Of a DNA stretch of 64,000 nucleotides, positions 1 through 12,684 are shown piece by piece. Origin of the DNA: Aplysia californica (lineage: Eukaryota); the NCBI RefSeq assembly GCF_000002075.1, contig NW_004797340.1:1814377-1878376 (forward strand), read 5' to 3'. The translations under genes were made by a program, and so were the position numbers. Numbering within the stretch: position 1 is the stretch's first letter; every line of letters starts with the position of its first letter. The notes under the pieces are model-generated. The model was not told the origin of the DNA. It was given only the letters and a program-made list of their open reading frames with translations, and did not search any database.

Positions 1-814
1 ACCTCAACTTCATTTATATTGGAGAAAGATAACCACATCACCCCAACTTCATTTATATGGATGGGAGAAAGAAAACCACATTTGCATCATTTATGTGGCA
101 ATAAGGTAACTACATTACCTCAATTTCATTTATACAGGAGAAAGGTAACCACATCACCTCAACTTCATTTATATGGAAGAAAAGTAATCACATCACCTCA
201 ACTTCATTTAAACAGGAAAAAGGTAACCACATCACCTCAACTTCATTTATATGGGAGAAAGGTAACCACATCACCCCAACTTCATTTATATGGAAGAAAA
301 GTAACTACATTACCTCAACTTCATTTATACAGGAGAAAGGTAACCACATCACCTCAACTTCATTTATATGGGAGAAAGGTAACCACATCACCCCAACTTC
401 ATTTATATGGAAGAAAAGTAACCACATCACCTCAACTTCATTTATATGGGAGAGAGATATCTACATTACCTCAGCTTTATTTGTGTGGGAGAAAGGTAAC
501 CACATCACCCCAACTTCATTTATATGGAAGAGAGATATCTACATTACCTCAACTTCATTTATATGGAAGAGTGTTATCTACATTACCTCAGCTTTATTTG
601 GGTGGGAGAACGGTAACCACATCACCTCAACTTCATTTATATGGGAGAAAGAAAACCACATCACCTCAACTTCATTTATATGGGAGAGAGATATCTACAT
701 TACCTCAACTTCATTTATACGGAAGAGAGATATCTACATTACCCCAGCTTCATTTATATGGAAGAGAGATATCTACATTACCCCAGCTTTATTTGTGTGG
801 GAGAAAGGTAACCA
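1..814. repeat. 39-bp minisatellite (about 20 units; runs off the window start)
   Basis: Unit AAGGTAACCACATCACCTCAACTTCATTTATATGGGAGA with variants; it explains the 13-aa periodic ORF 19..912. Confidence 0.95.
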
Positions 815-816
815 TA

Positions 817-1256
817 TGTGTCATGATGCGGTGGAATCAGGCGATCGTCAATTTTTGGGCATTTGGAGTTATTGGAATCATCTTAAAGCCTGTTTATTTG
901 CCTCTCTTTTGATGGAAAAAATATCCATCTACCTCGAATAGAAAGTCGAGATATTCGCAATTGAAGGGGGTTGGGGTCGCCTGGTTTCAGAAGTAAAATT
1001 AGCTAGAAAATGGCAGCCGACGTTTGGTAAATCCCAAAGCCTGAGAGTCCTTGGAAACTGAAAAATTAACATTTTTTCTGCTTTTAATCAATGCTTTTCA
1101 GTAAAATCCAAACAAAAATGTGTTTTTAAATGGACATAAAAGGTGTTGGGCTAAAAAATAAAAATTAGAAAAAAAATTACCCTTCGTCAAAAAAAGGGCC
1201 TATTTCTTTGATTTCATCATTTTGACGAGCGTCTGATTTCACCTTGGTGCTTCACA
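817..1256 (+). mobile_element. MITE family A, copy 1 (about 35-bp imperfect TIRs, TA TSD)
   Basis: TGTGTCATGATGCGGTGGAATCAGGCGATCGTCAA ... TTGACGAGCGTCTGATTTCACCTTGGTGCTTCACA, flanked by TA at 815-816 and 1257-1258. Homologous copies at 9118-9642 and 32304-32741. Confidence 0.85.
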
Positions 1257-1458
1257 TATGGCTTTGGCTTTATTTATGAGGGAGAAAGGTTAAAAAAAAG
1301 GGGAAGGCCTTTTTTTGTGTACCACAGCACCCCTATTCAATGGGGAAGGGCAGAAGAAATGAAATATTAGCTAGGAAAATCAGTTGTGGAACGAAAGCTA
1401 AACATTATAAAGATTGTTTACATCTTCTTTATGTTCTCAATAACAAATCGCTACTTAA

Positions 1459-4400
1459 GGGGGAGCGCGGCTTTTAAAACGGACGATTTTGGGGTCAAAT
1501 TATGGTATCGAGGTTTTTTACATCTTGTGAAACTTCAACCTCTCCCGTACCTAAAAATAGCTATGAGAGAATTTAGAAATAGCGTATTTACACCTAAAAT
1601 GTCTTTCAAAACACTAGGGTAGGGAAAAAATTGTATGATTTTGAGAAAACATGATCTATTTCTCATCAATTGACCAACCAATAATTAAAGTTTATATCGG
1701 AATAAGCATACAGTGTTGTATATCGATGGAATCGTTATTTTCCCCTCTGACTGAATAAATATGCAACTGGGTCATGACGTCTCATCACTGCTTCCTATTA
1801 GCTCAGAACGAGACAAAGGTTTGACCAAGATTGACCTAGATTGTGGGCTGAATGTTTACTACTGAGATGACCTTGAATGTTGATTGGCTAATGCGAATGA
1901 CCCCAAGGAATGCTCGAATTCTGTTGGTTCTCCACCATAGTTACAAGGTCACTTCCGCAAAGCTTGACCCATAATTGCACGTGGAATTTTCCGTCTTTTC
2001 TTGAATGAACAAAGGATTTTCTTTGTATACAGGCTCATGTGTGTCGATTGTTTGTGCGCATGTGTACTTGGTGTGTAGTCTCAAGTCAAAGAAACGCATT
2101 TGTCTCTCGAAACGAAGGGCCACTTTCAGATTACGTGCTGGATGGCAGCATCACTGTGTCGATAACGCTCTACAATTGCTGTGCTCACTCGTCTCTGATA
2201 TTGTTAGTAAGGTTGTTACTTACTTAGGCCTTCTTGTATACTTGAAGCGGACATTCTAGATTTGTTCTAGATTTGTGAATTGCGTTAGTATTGAAAATGC
2301 CGAAGAAGAAGGTGACTGGTCGTTCGAAGCAGCTGCAGAAAGCTTGTGAGATGCGTGGAAAGGCTGTGGAACTGGAACTCGATAGGAGCTGTGAAGCTGA
2401 GGTTGAGGTACGTAGACAAGATTCTCTAGCCTAGTGATATCAATTTATATGTGTACTTTAGTATAAATGTGGTTACTAGAATGATAGAACTAGTAGTAGA
2501 TCTAGATATAGCGTGTGTAGATCAGATCTGTACCATGTGGTTTGTGTGCACGCGTGTGTGTGTACTTTAGTATTTGTGGTACTAGAATGATATAGATCTA
2601 TCTAGTAGTAGTAACGTGTGTGGATCTAGATCTATGTGGTTTGTGTGTGTGTGTGTGCATGATTAGACTCTATTCTTTGTTGCAGAAATGAAAAATATCT
2701 ATTGATTCTTCTTACTGAATTTGAAATGCATGGTTACCTAGGCCCTATATTCATTTTTATATAGGCACAATTTTTTTCAACTGTATGACTTTTTCATGTA
2801 GGCCTACAGGCCTAATGTTTTAACATTTTCAGTCAACAGATTTTGAATATTCAGTACCAGAAATTTACTTGCATGAAGCTGATTTTTCCGTAACTTTTTT
2901 TCCGCATTCCTCGTCTTCTGTCCCTGTGCCCCCAGAGATGCCTGCATCGTCTTCGATTCTGGATATTCCAGAGACCCCGCGGCCTGTCTTTCCACCGGAC
3001 CCTCTGCTGCTGATCCCTCTCCGTTCCCAGGAGAAGCTGAGTAGGTATGTCGTGCCTGCTGCTGCTGAAGATACGTCTCGAGCCATCGTGGAGTTGTCGC
3101 AGGTTGAGGGGCTGTTCCAGCAGCTTCAGTGTCCCCAGTGTGGCATCGTTGGGACTTTGTCGCTACGTCAGATGGGTNNNNNNNNNNNNNNNNNNNNNNN
3201 NNNNNNNNNNNNNNNNNNNNNNNNNNNNNNNNNNNNNNNNNNNNNNNNNNNNNNNNNNNNNNNNNNNNNNNNNNNNNNNNNNNNNNNNNNNNNNNNNNNN
3301 NNNNNNNNNNNNNNNNNNNNNNNNNNNNNNNNNNNNNNNNNNNNNNNNNNNNNNNNNNNNNNNNNNNNNNNNNNNNNNNNNNNNNNNNNNNNNNNNNNNN
3401 NNNNNNNAAGTATTTCTTCAGGCTGCCAACGCTGTTCGTCAGGCTTACCAAAGCACGGGCTGCGTCGCGGAGGATGGCGTGCTGGACATCGCCGTGAGCT
3501 TCGACAGCTCCTGGCTGACACGTGGCCACAAGTCCCTCATCGGTATTGGCTGCGTCATCGACGTACTGACCGGGTTAGTACTCGACAGCCATGTCCTGAG
3601 CCTTCATTGCCAGACTTGCGCTACCACTGGTCAGTGGAAGAAGATGAACACTCCCCTGGCTTACGACGTGTGGCTGACGGAGCACAAAGCTAGTGGCTGC
3701 AACATAAACTATGGTGGATCGTCGGGGATGATGGAGGTGGAGGCTGCAGTTGTGTTGTGGAGTCGTTCGATGGAAAAGTTCGGCCTGCGGTACACCACGT
3801 TTGTTGGTGATGGAGACTCCAAAGCCTTCAACAAGGTGACAGAGGTGAAGCCGTACGGTCCTGGAGTCCAGATTGTGAAGGAGGAGTGCCTAAATCATGT
3901 GGGGAAGCGGCTGGGCACTGCGTTACGGAACCTCGTCAGTGACTGCAGCAAGAAAGGCGTCACGCTAGGTGGAAGAGGCCATGGCAGGCTGACAGCAAAC
4001 ACTATTCGCAAGCTGTCCATCTACTATTCGAGGGCCATCCGAAGCCAAGCCACTGCAGCCGAGATGAGGACAGCTATCCTGGCCAGTGTCCACCATGGAT
4101 ACTCAACAGACGACCACCCGCAGCACATGTACTGTCCGTCTGGCAACGACTCCTGGTGCTTCTACAAGAAGTCCTTGGCAAGGCACGTCTATCCAGGAGG
4201 CCACAAGAACAGGGTGCACACGCCCCTGAACTACGAACTGCTGCATGAGCACCTCCGTCCCGTCTACAAAAGGCTCACCGCCGACTCTCTACTTCTTCGG
4301 TGTGAACGCAAGGCGACCCAGAATGCAAACGAAAGTTTTCACCACTCGGTCTGGGCCAAATCCAGCAAAACTCAGTTCCGCAGCAAGCAACGAGTTGAAG

Positions 4401-5396
4401 TGGCTGTCATCACTGCTGCTGCCGAATTCAACTTTGGCCCAGGATATACAACCGAGTTGAAGGATTTACTTGGTGTACCTTCCGGGGTAAATACTGAACG
4501 CCTGAACTCTGCCCGCACCACCAAGCGTTTATACAAAAGCCAAGACGTACAGAAAGCTGCTGCGAAGAGGAGGAAGGTGATGCGAGCGAAGGCAATAGAG
4601 CAGGCTCGTCTTGAGGCCGAGAAAGAAGATGGTGTGGCGTATGGGCCTGGGATGTTTTGAAGTGTACTCTAACGGACACTATCNNNNNNNNNNNNNNNNN
4701 NNNNNNNNNNNNNNNNNNNNNNNNNNNNNNNNNNNNNNNNNNNNNNNNNNNNNNNNNNNNNNNNNNNNNNNNNNNNNNNNNNNNNNNNNNNNNNNNNNNN
4801 NNNNNNNNNNNNNNNNNNNNNNNNNNNNNNNNNNNNNNNNNNNNNNNNNNNNNNNNNNNNNNNNNNNNNNNNNNNNNNNNNNNNNNNNNNNNNNNNNNNN
4901 NNNNNNNNNNNNNNNNNNNNNNNNNNNNNNNNNNNNNNNNNNNNNNNNNNNNNNNNNNNNNNNNNNNNNNNNNNNNNNNNNNNNNNNNNNNNNNNNNNNN
5001 NNNNNNNNNNNACTTTATACAACAGGACAATGTAATAGGTACATTTATACTTGAGTTATGGGCGATTGTGTAATGAAATTCAGAGGTGTGAAGGGGTAGG
5101 TCAGTTGTCCATCTATAACTTTTTTCCTATTCAAGAGCCCTGTTGTATAATATTTTGTTTTGAGTATATCCATCAATGAACCAAATTTGAATAAATTTGG
5201 TCAGTAATTAAAAAAGCCTTTCAAGATTTATGAAAGCTGTTTATTTTCAATATGGCCGCCGTTACCATGGAAACGGTGGATTAAAAAAAAAACGTAACGT
5301 TGCTTTTTAGAGATGTTTTCCTGTTTAACCTCCTTGCCAAAGGCTTTACCTGAACTTTCATAGTTACCGAGATAGGTTATAAAGTACCCCTCCCCC
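1459..5396 (+). mobile_element. Kolobok-type DNA transposon
   Basis: TTAA TSD at 1455-1458 and 5397-5400; short TIR GGGGGAG...CTCCCCC; internal DDE transposase; boundaries confirmed by the interrupted MITE. Confidence 0.8.
2297..4660 (+). CDS. DDE transposase (Mutator-like/Kolobok type); exon 1 2297-2407, exon 2 2833-4660 (interrupted by N gap 3178-3407)
   Basis: Exon 1 MPKKKVTGRSKQ...EAEVE ends at phase-0 GTACGT. Acceptor TTTTCAG at 2832 joins in frame to the ORF containing CPQC. Motifs AVSFDSSW, FVGDGDS, ECLNHVGKR, HMYCP..SWC, TQNANESF. Frame across the gap cannot be verified. Confidence 0.8.
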
Positions 5397-5844
5397 TTAA
5401 AAATACAAAGTTCTATCTGACATTTTTGGCCGTTTTGAGTTACTAAAACCATGATGTCAGAAACCAATTGTTCCATCTGCTCTATTACAATTGTAAGATA
5501 ATTTTTCGGCGTTGTTATCATGATATTCAAAGAATTGCATTTGAAAAAGTTTGACGTTTTGTGAAACTCAAATTTTTAAAACTAAAATTTCTCAAAACTT
5601 GGTAGCCTACTGAGTGGTGGGAACTTTGTCATTCTTTGGTAGCAAAATATTACCTTTTTACCACCACTCTTTTCCTTCCTTTCCTTTTTCTCTGTTGTAG
5701 TCTGCACTGGCCAGCAACAGCTCACGGGGTACCCACCAAAAAGTTCTTCCATAGCTCAAAGTACAAACATGGTCGTTTTTAGGGAAACAACGAACATTTT
5801 CCTACCCTTTATCCCCCTACCCACACACATTTTTCCAGAGGGAA

Positions 5845-6170
5845 AATGATAATAATAAATAATTGCATTCATATTGCCTGTATTTGCTTTACAATAAATA
5901 TTATCCCAGTAGACCCAAAAGCATTCAAAGTATTCTCAGCTTCATGAGAAATTAAAAGTGCAAGCAGCTGATTACATGCACTAAAACACAAACAGACAAG
6001 ATTTTTCAGTCTATAACCAAGTTCTCATTCCTCACCAGTGGACAAAATGTGAGTAAGGTGCCTTTCTCGAGGGCACAACTTCAGACCCCTGACACTAGGA
6101 TTTGTACACATGACCTTACCGTTAATGGTTGAGAGTACAAAAATATAACGACTAGACCAACGACACCACC
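5845..6170 (-). mobile_element. tRNA-derived SINE, family S1 (diverged)
   Basis: Body and (ATT)n tail similar to 28683-28933; tRNA-like head near 6100-6170. Confidence 0.6.
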
Positions 6171-6389
6171 GGACTTATATGGGAAAGACAAGGATTAGTG
6201 TATAATCTCCATAATCTAATTTACAATTAGGACGAAAATTAAAACCTCACACATTTAAACAAAAACTTCCCTGAACATATCACCTCTGCCCATTCTGTAC
6301 CTTGTGACATCCGCATCATACTGCACTACAAGAAGCTAAGAAAAGAGCACAGACCACAAAAGAAAACAACTAAATATTTCAGAACTCAC

Positions 6390-6446
6390 GAAATAATGGT
6401 TGAATCCAGATGATAGACGTCCACCCAGTCAATCGTTTGGATAAAC
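6390..6446 (-). CDS. Ig-superfamily gene, coding exon 7 (Ig3 C-strand, RFIQTIDWVDVYHLDSTIIS)
   Basis: Polypyrimidine CTCTCTCAG acceptor, GTGAGT donor, 57 nt, phase 2-2; matches exon 6 phase and supplies the conserved Trp. Confidence 0.65.
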
Positions 6447-6648
6447 CTGAGAGAGAAAAAGAGATAGAGGAGTGTTGAGAAGTGCATGTGTGCACATGTA
6501 TTTACCATGCTCCAGCAGGTATTCTCTCTGTGGAAGTCAGTAATAAATGTGAGATGTGTTGACAAAACGACTCAATTCTCGGATTTGAGCCCTATGGACA
6601 CAGATAGATACATCAAACTTATATGTTGGGGTTGTACCATTTATTATA

Positions 6649-7090
6649 TTACTTTACTTTGACTTTTTCCTTCCTCTGGTATCCGTAGGATGTCGAGGGG
6701 AGGTGCAGGTTTCGGTCCTGTGCTAAATGTATGACATCTGCGATAGATATGTTATGTTGTTCCAGGACCTTTTTAACCCCATCTAGCCAGGTCCTTCTTG
6801 GTCTTCCTCTTGATTTGAAGCCGGATTCATGGGTGTGGTAAGTTCTTGCCGCTAGTTGTTTCTCGGGCATTCTGGTTAGACGTCCGAACCATTTGACTCT
6901 TTGATGGCTCAATGAAATTTATTACTTGTGGTATTCCAGTTTGTTAGCACATGGTCTCGTTTCTAATATGGTGTCTTCTCACGACATTGATGGTTTTGTG
7001 GAGACACCTCATTTCGCATACATTGATTTTTCCAGCTGGTCTGCTTTGTTTAAGGACCATGTTTGGCACTGGTATGTTAAAGTTGGTACA
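6649..7090 (-). mobile_element. 3' fragment of an RTE-like LINE
   Basis: ORF with WFGRLTRM and KSRGRPRRTWLD motifs, followed by an (AAAGT)n tail. Confidence 0.75.
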
Positions 7091-8204
7091 TTACGAGATG
7101 CTTAAAGACAGGTTTAACAGGAGAAAATAGCATCAGTTGAAAAATCTACAAATTATATGTGTCTATTTTCGGCTGAAAACTCCATTAGAGGATTACGAGA
7201 AGTAACTCATTTTTCAGCACACCTCGCTGGTGTTTATCTATCTTATCTTAATTGTGGATGCTATTCTTCCAAAAGTGGGGTTGCATTTCCTGCTGGTCAG
7301 AAGAAATAGTACTTGCTACCCCCAACCTTCAGTGAGATAGGATTGTTTCCATTCAGATCAAGGGTAACTTTCAGCACATTCTTCCACAGTCAAATATTCA
7401 AACATTTTTCTTGCAACACAGAAAAAATCAAACTACACAAATAAAGAGCAAGACAGATTCAGATCAGAAAGACATGAAAGTGACACCCTAAAATAACAAA
7501 TCTCATACCTACTTTATAAAAGATAAATTCACCTGGAAATTACCAAATTTCTTCCCCCCTGCCTTCATATTATTATGCCGTCAATAGTATAGAATATATG
7601 TGATAAAAACATTTTTACAAAAATAATTCCTAAAGACTCAAAATTCTTACTGTGCCTACTAAACGTTTACAATTTACATTGATAAGATTTAGGTAAAAAT
7701 TTAAAGTAAAAATGATGATGGATGATGTCCTTTGTCACTAAAAAGAAAAACATGGCTATGGTGATAAGAAAAAGTTACAGATCAGGAGGGAAACAATAAA
7801 AGGATTTAAACATAAATGAAAAAACAAAAACAAAAAATGAACTATCAGCAAATTATATAAAATTGTTTCCAATACCATGAATATGGCAGAAAAAGTCAAA
7901 ATAAATACAAACACAGCAAAATCAACGATCAAACAGGGTGAAAAACAATTTTGTAAATGAGAAAATATGTTAGAGTAAACTGTGAACATGAAACGTTACA
8001 TCACCTCATGCTTCTTGTGCAGCACAGAAAACTCACTCCGAGATAGTAATAGAGATAAATATATATGAAGACAAAATCCCGACAAATTCAGAAATTCTAG
8101 TTTCAGGACGTATTCAGAAAATCCGCACATCTGAGACAAAACAAATAAAACAATTTTTTTTGGGGGGGGGGGGGGTTAAATATAAATGTAGGTGTTTTAC
8201 GTTC

Positions 8205-8405
8205 TCATCTGCACAATTTAGACCATCTAGGAGGTGGGCTTCTGACCCTGAGTGTCAGAGTCAACTCTGGCTGGCTGAGAGGGATACAACATCCAAGAAG
8301 AAAGACCGAGGTACTTGACAAAAGTGTTTTCCCCTCTTGGAAATTGAATTCGGGTCTCCTGTGTGCGACAGCAAAGCACCTGACCGCTAAACCACAGACG
8401 CTGGT
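8205..8405 (-). mobile_element. tRNA-derived SINE, family S3
   Basis: tRNA-like head at 8340-8405; body similar to 47230-47425 (+), 21945-22030 and 38045-38155; head-only copy at about 9760-9830. Confidence 0.6.
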
Positions 8406-9002
8406 GACAAAAGTGTGCCTGAAAGCCCAAGTAGCATGCAGGAACCATGTCAAGCACGGCTCACTATGACAGAAGGGGTAACTGAACCCATGAAAGCATG
8501 AAAGAATTTGGAACTGGGCGAGGCTCCAGATTAGATAAGATAAGAAAAAGAAGATGAGAATAAGATAAGACAAGAATCAGGAGCTAAGCTAAACTAAGAT
8601 AAGATGATACATTTTTTGTGTGCCAGTGGGAAATTTTTCTTGGCTGTACAGGAATGGTAAGAACACTTGTAGAATATACCCTCCATAGAATTTAAATCAT
8701 ACATTACTTTCTTGAAAATTCAATAGGAAGAGAAAAATAAAGCCGGCAATAATACACATATTAAAAAAAAAATGTAACAGATTAATGAAAAACAAGCAAG
8801 ACAACTGTGGTTAAAAATCAGCCTTGTCTGGCTACGCTGCTACTTGAGTCGTCGGATTTCTTTCACTATGGTTTTGCACATTGGAAGAAAAGTTTAATAC
8901 AAATTTGAAAAACCCAAAGAGGAACTAAATGGGAGAGTGACCACAAAATAATTTGACCTCTAGATTAGACATGTTATAAATGATCAAATAGGTGGTACTC
9001 AC

Positions 9003-9099
9003 CGTCCGGAAAAGACGCATTCCAGGTGAACACTTTCATAAGGCCTTACGACAGGATTAGGATCTGAGGAATACTCTAACTTGGCAGGCTGCTTCCTAT
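9003..9099 (-). CDS. Ig-superfamily gene, coding exon 6 (DRKQPAKLEYSSDPNPVVRPYESVHLECVFSGR; Ig3 start)
   Basis: TTTTCCAACAG acceptor, GTGAGT donor, 97 nt, phase 1-2, Ig B-strand Cys. Confidence 0.85.
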
Positions 9100-9117
9100 C
9101 TGTTGGAAAACATGATA

Positions 9118-9642
9118 TGTGAGGCATCTTGGTAAAATCAAGTGCTTGTCAAAATAATGAAATAAAAGAAACGGGCATTTTCCCGCCAGTTTGGTAGTTT
9201 TTGTCGCATTTCTGTTTTTCGGTTCAACAGCTTTTATGTCCACTCAAAATATTTGAGTGGATTTTACTGAAAAATGTTGATTAAAGGCATAAAAATTGAA
9301 CATTTTCTTTTTCCAAGTACTCTAAAGCTATGGAAATCACCAAACTTTGGCTGCCATCTTCTAGAAAATTTTACCTCTGAAACCTCTATGGTTTACAACA
9401 ATTATTATCCCAGTAGACCCTTAAACATTCAAAATATTCTCAGCTTCATGGGACGCTTACAGTGCAAGCAGCTGATTACATGCACAAAAACACTTACAAA
9501 CTTTTTCAATTGCAAATATCATGACTTCTTTTAAAGATAGATGGGTATTTTTTATCAAAAGATAGACAAATGAACAAGCTTTACTGATAACTCTACATGT
9601 CCAAATATTGACAAGCGCCTGATTCCACCGCGTTGTGACACA
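9118..9642 (-). mobile_element. MITE family A, copy 2 (with an internal S1 SINE fragment at about 9400-9500)
   Basis: Same TIRs as 817-1256, opposite orientation. Confidence 0.8.
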
Positions 9643-10677
9643 TTTTCTATGTCTCGATAGAGGACTCCTTGATAGACTCAGAGCCTAGAGACAAGAATGA
9701 AGGAAAATGTGATACAATAAGCCAGTAGAAAGATAGGGACAGTCGATAAAAACTTTTCCCCACACAATAATAGAACTTGGGGTCTCCTGCCTGCAACAAT
9801 GAAGCGCCTAACCACTACACCTCAGACTCTGGTTGGCAGACGATATATTGATGGAAATCTTAAACAAGCCATTCTTGTATCATCATCACAGAGATTACAC
9901 CTTGACTTGACAAACAGATGGTGAAGAGAGTATATTGTCCCTGTCGCCAGCAATAAATCCAGTAAGGTCCAAATTTGGATTATTTTCTATTTTTACACCC
10001 TCACAAAGCTCTATCAAAGATGCACTTTTCAATATCACAAAATGCAGTTTAATATATTTTTACTTTTCATAATTTCTGATAGGAACAAAGCAACAGGAAT
10101 TCGGTTTTTTTTGTCTCTGATGAAAAAGAGGACCCTAAAAGACTTATGTGGATGCTTTTGTCACACTGACAATATGTTATTTCCATACCCATTTGAGACC
10201 CCAAAAATGACATATATACATATGAAACAGCGTGAGTTTGGGCATCCTCTAGGCTTGCCTCAACTCCTCTCCTCCCTCAACTTTATGTGACAGATAAAAC
10301 AATAAGAAAGCATGGTAATAGCTTAAAAAAGAAACAGTAGTGAATCCTATTTGTATTCTCAAAAGCAAAGGTGAAAAGAATAAACAAGTTTGACAGATTA
10401 AATATCTAGGATATACAATCAAATCAGATGCCAAATGTTGCTCAGAAATAAATTAAAGAACTTCACTTGACATGCAGATGGCGTTGGGGGTGAATGTTGT
10501 TTCCATACCCATTTGAGACAAGAAACGACATACCAAAATAGCTTGAGTTTAGGTATCCTGAAAGCTTGATTCAACTGCTTACTCCCTCCCCCAACCCCCC
10601 CCTCCCCCTCCTGGGCATTATATATGTTGAGAGCATTACGTTGACTGAAAGCATTACCAGTATGTAAACTGTGGGTT

Positions 10678-10835
10678 TTATCAACACTGAGGACATTATC
10701 TACACTGGGGACATTATCTACACTGGGGACGTAGTTATCTACACTGAGGATGTTATCTACACTGAGGGTGTTATCTACACTGAGGGAGTTATCTACACTG
10801 GGGACATTATCTACACTGAGTGTGTTATTTACACA
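10678..10835. repeat. 18-bp minisatellite (TTATCTACACTGRGGRYR)n
   Basis: About 8-9 units, just inside the intron after exon 5. Confidence 0.9.
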
Positions 10836-10855
10836 AGACCAAGCAGTGCACCTAC

Positions 10856-10978
10856 CAGCCACGCCAACCACTTGCACAGTATGACCTGCTCCATCCAGCT
10901 TGATGATTTCCCCAATGGAGACCCCACACTTGTAGCTCCGGGCGTCGGATCGCTTGAGGTATGAGAAGTGCAAGTCAC
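10856..10978 (-). CDS. Ig-superfamily gene, coding exon 5 (GDLHFSYLKRSDARSYKCGVSIGEIIKLDGAGHTVQVVGVA; second half of Ig2)
   Basis: CTTTTTCGCCAG acceptor, GTAGGT donor, 123 nt, phase 1-1; G-x-L-x-F-S and D-x3-Y-x-C motifs as in L1-family Ig2. Confidence 0.85.
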
Positions 10979-11261
10979 CTGGCGAAAAAGACGTGGTGAC
11001 CTTTATTGTGACCTCCAGTTACAATTTTGTTTGTTTTGTTTGAGTAAGGAGAAGCACATGACACAATAATGGTCATAAAATAGGGATGGGAAAAAGTAAG
11101 ACAGACAGACAGAAAAAATAGAGGGAAAGTAAAGAAGTAGGACCTACCAGTGGTGCCCCAGGCCTTGTTTCTTTTTTTTTTTTTTTTTACTAGTTTAAAG
11201 AATACTAATTGTAAGTTGTCACATCTTAACAGCAACTAACTTGTTTGATTTTGCTTCTTTG

Positions 11262-11763
11262 TAAGTGTTTTTCGGCCCTTGCAACTGTATAACGTCATAT
11301 GAGAGCGGGACACATTAAACATTTTCAGTTGGTAAGAAATTAGATGAATTTTGCTGGGTGATGGCCGAAGCCTACTCTTTTCGACTTTAGACCACCAAGG
11401 GATCTTTAACTTGCGCAACTTGCACACGAGGCCTCCAAGATTTTTCGCCCTTGTCCAAGAAGGCTAAGTGGACACCTTTCCTATGAGAAGATCAGGAGTG
11501 TGGCTGAAAGACAGCAGTAAGAAGTAGCCAAGGAGAAGCATTAGAAAGGCTGCAGAAAGAGTCAGGAGCCCAGAGGAGGGGGTGGGGGCAGAAAGTGGGG
11601 ACGAAAGCAGATGACAGAACAGTCACAGAACATTGTTAGAGAGCAGGAAAGGACGCGAAAGGAGAACATTTTAGAGAATAAAATTTTCCGTCACTATCCG
11701 GATTCGAACCCAAGACCTATTGAACGAGAGGCAATCACCTTAATCTCTAGGCCACGAGGGCTC
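11262..11763 (-). mobile_element. tRNA(Glu-like)-derived SINE, family S2
   Basis: Minus-strand head with A box (GTGGCCTAGAG) and B box (GGTTCGAATCC); tail ...AAAACAC. Other copies at 40014-40152, 43590-43893, 45355-45765 (+) and 54380-54689. Confidence 0.85.
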
Positions 11764-12066
11764 TCACACAGAGAGATAAGGATAATAGATGTTTGACAAA
11801 AAAGAAGGAGCAAACCACACCAGAGCACCCACTAACCACCCGCTTGTTTGGGAGCTTAACCCTCTCATTTGTTCAATACTTAAAAATTACAAATGAAGAT
11901 TTTTACTCCACCATTAGCACAATTCAGACCATTTTGGAGGCGGGCTGCTTCAAGCCTACCTGTCAGGGCCAACATGGGCTAGAGGGATACAAGGTATGCC
12001 CTCCTACCATCTGGAATAAGGCTGCTGTTGAAATAAACATTAATGAGTATTGCTGTTGATTTTTTA

Positions 12067-12260
12067 TAATAATAATAAATAGATAGCATTTGTATGGCGC
12101 ATATCTCCGCTCGACGGCAAGCTATGCGCTCTACACTATATTATTAACCCAGCATACCATAGAACACAAACATTCTCAGCTTCCCGGGGAGCATACAGTG
12201 CTAGCCGCTGATTTAGCGCTCAAACACTACCAAACTGACAAGATCTTTCACTGTCTATTA
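12067..12260 (-). mobile_element. SINE family S1, 3' part
   Basis: Reverse complement of the 28730-28933 body and (ATT)n tail. Confidence 0.75.
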
Positions 12261-12500
12261 CATATTATATTATCTATATAACTCAAAAAGGTCTGTGATA
12301 AATTCAAGCATCTGGTTGAAAGATACATCTGAAGTGATATGTGTATTATTGTTAGCTTTATTTTTCTCTGCGTATCGAATTTTTGTGAAAGTAATATATA
12401 ATTCAATTTTTTTGTATATCTACAAGATTTGTTGTTACCATTCCTGTACAGCCAGGAAAAATTTCCCAAAGGGACAATTAAGTATCATCTCATCTTATTT

Positions 12501-12684
12501 AACAAACTTCTACATATCTGTCCCCGTGGTTTTATGCACCCTGCATAATATAGCAAAATTTGATCATTTTTTGCCTACTTTCTGATTATTTCCTTTTATT
12601 ATTCTTTGTTAAAATTAACAGAATCGCATAATTTCAGAATTTTGTTTGCATAAAACAACGGGGACAGACATATGTAATTTTGTT
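12501..12684. mobile_element. Small MITE / inverted repeat
   Basis: TATCTGTCCCCGTGGTTTTATGCA ... TGCATAAAACAACGGGGACAGACATA. Confidence 0.7.

Larger units (their letters stand above)
1449..5643 (-). mobile_element. MITE family B copy, split by the Kolobok insertion (pieces 1449-1458 and 5401-5643)
   Basis: Removing 1459-5400 restores CGCTACTTAAAAATACAAAGTTCTATCTGACATTTTT, matching the reverse complement of the ends of the intact copies at 21360-21614 and 29425-29654. Confidence 0.8.

Noticed and set aside
1-814. CRISPR-like periodicity (also 47778-49010)
   Set aside because: Head-to-tail repeats with no unique spacers, no cas genes, eukaryotic context.
19-941. 297-aa and 152-aa repeat ORFs
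   Set aside because: They are translations of a stop-free 39-bp minisatellite running into a MITE, antisense within the Ig gene's intron, with no unique domain.
1459-5396. KolobokP-type composite structure (long direct repeats, His-Me nuclease)
   Set aside because: The two ends share no long direct repeat and no second ORF is visible; the gaps leave slight uncertainty.
10419-10973. 184-aa ORF as a single gene
   Set aside because: Only 10856-10978 is exon; the rest reads through the donor into an 18-bp minisatellite.
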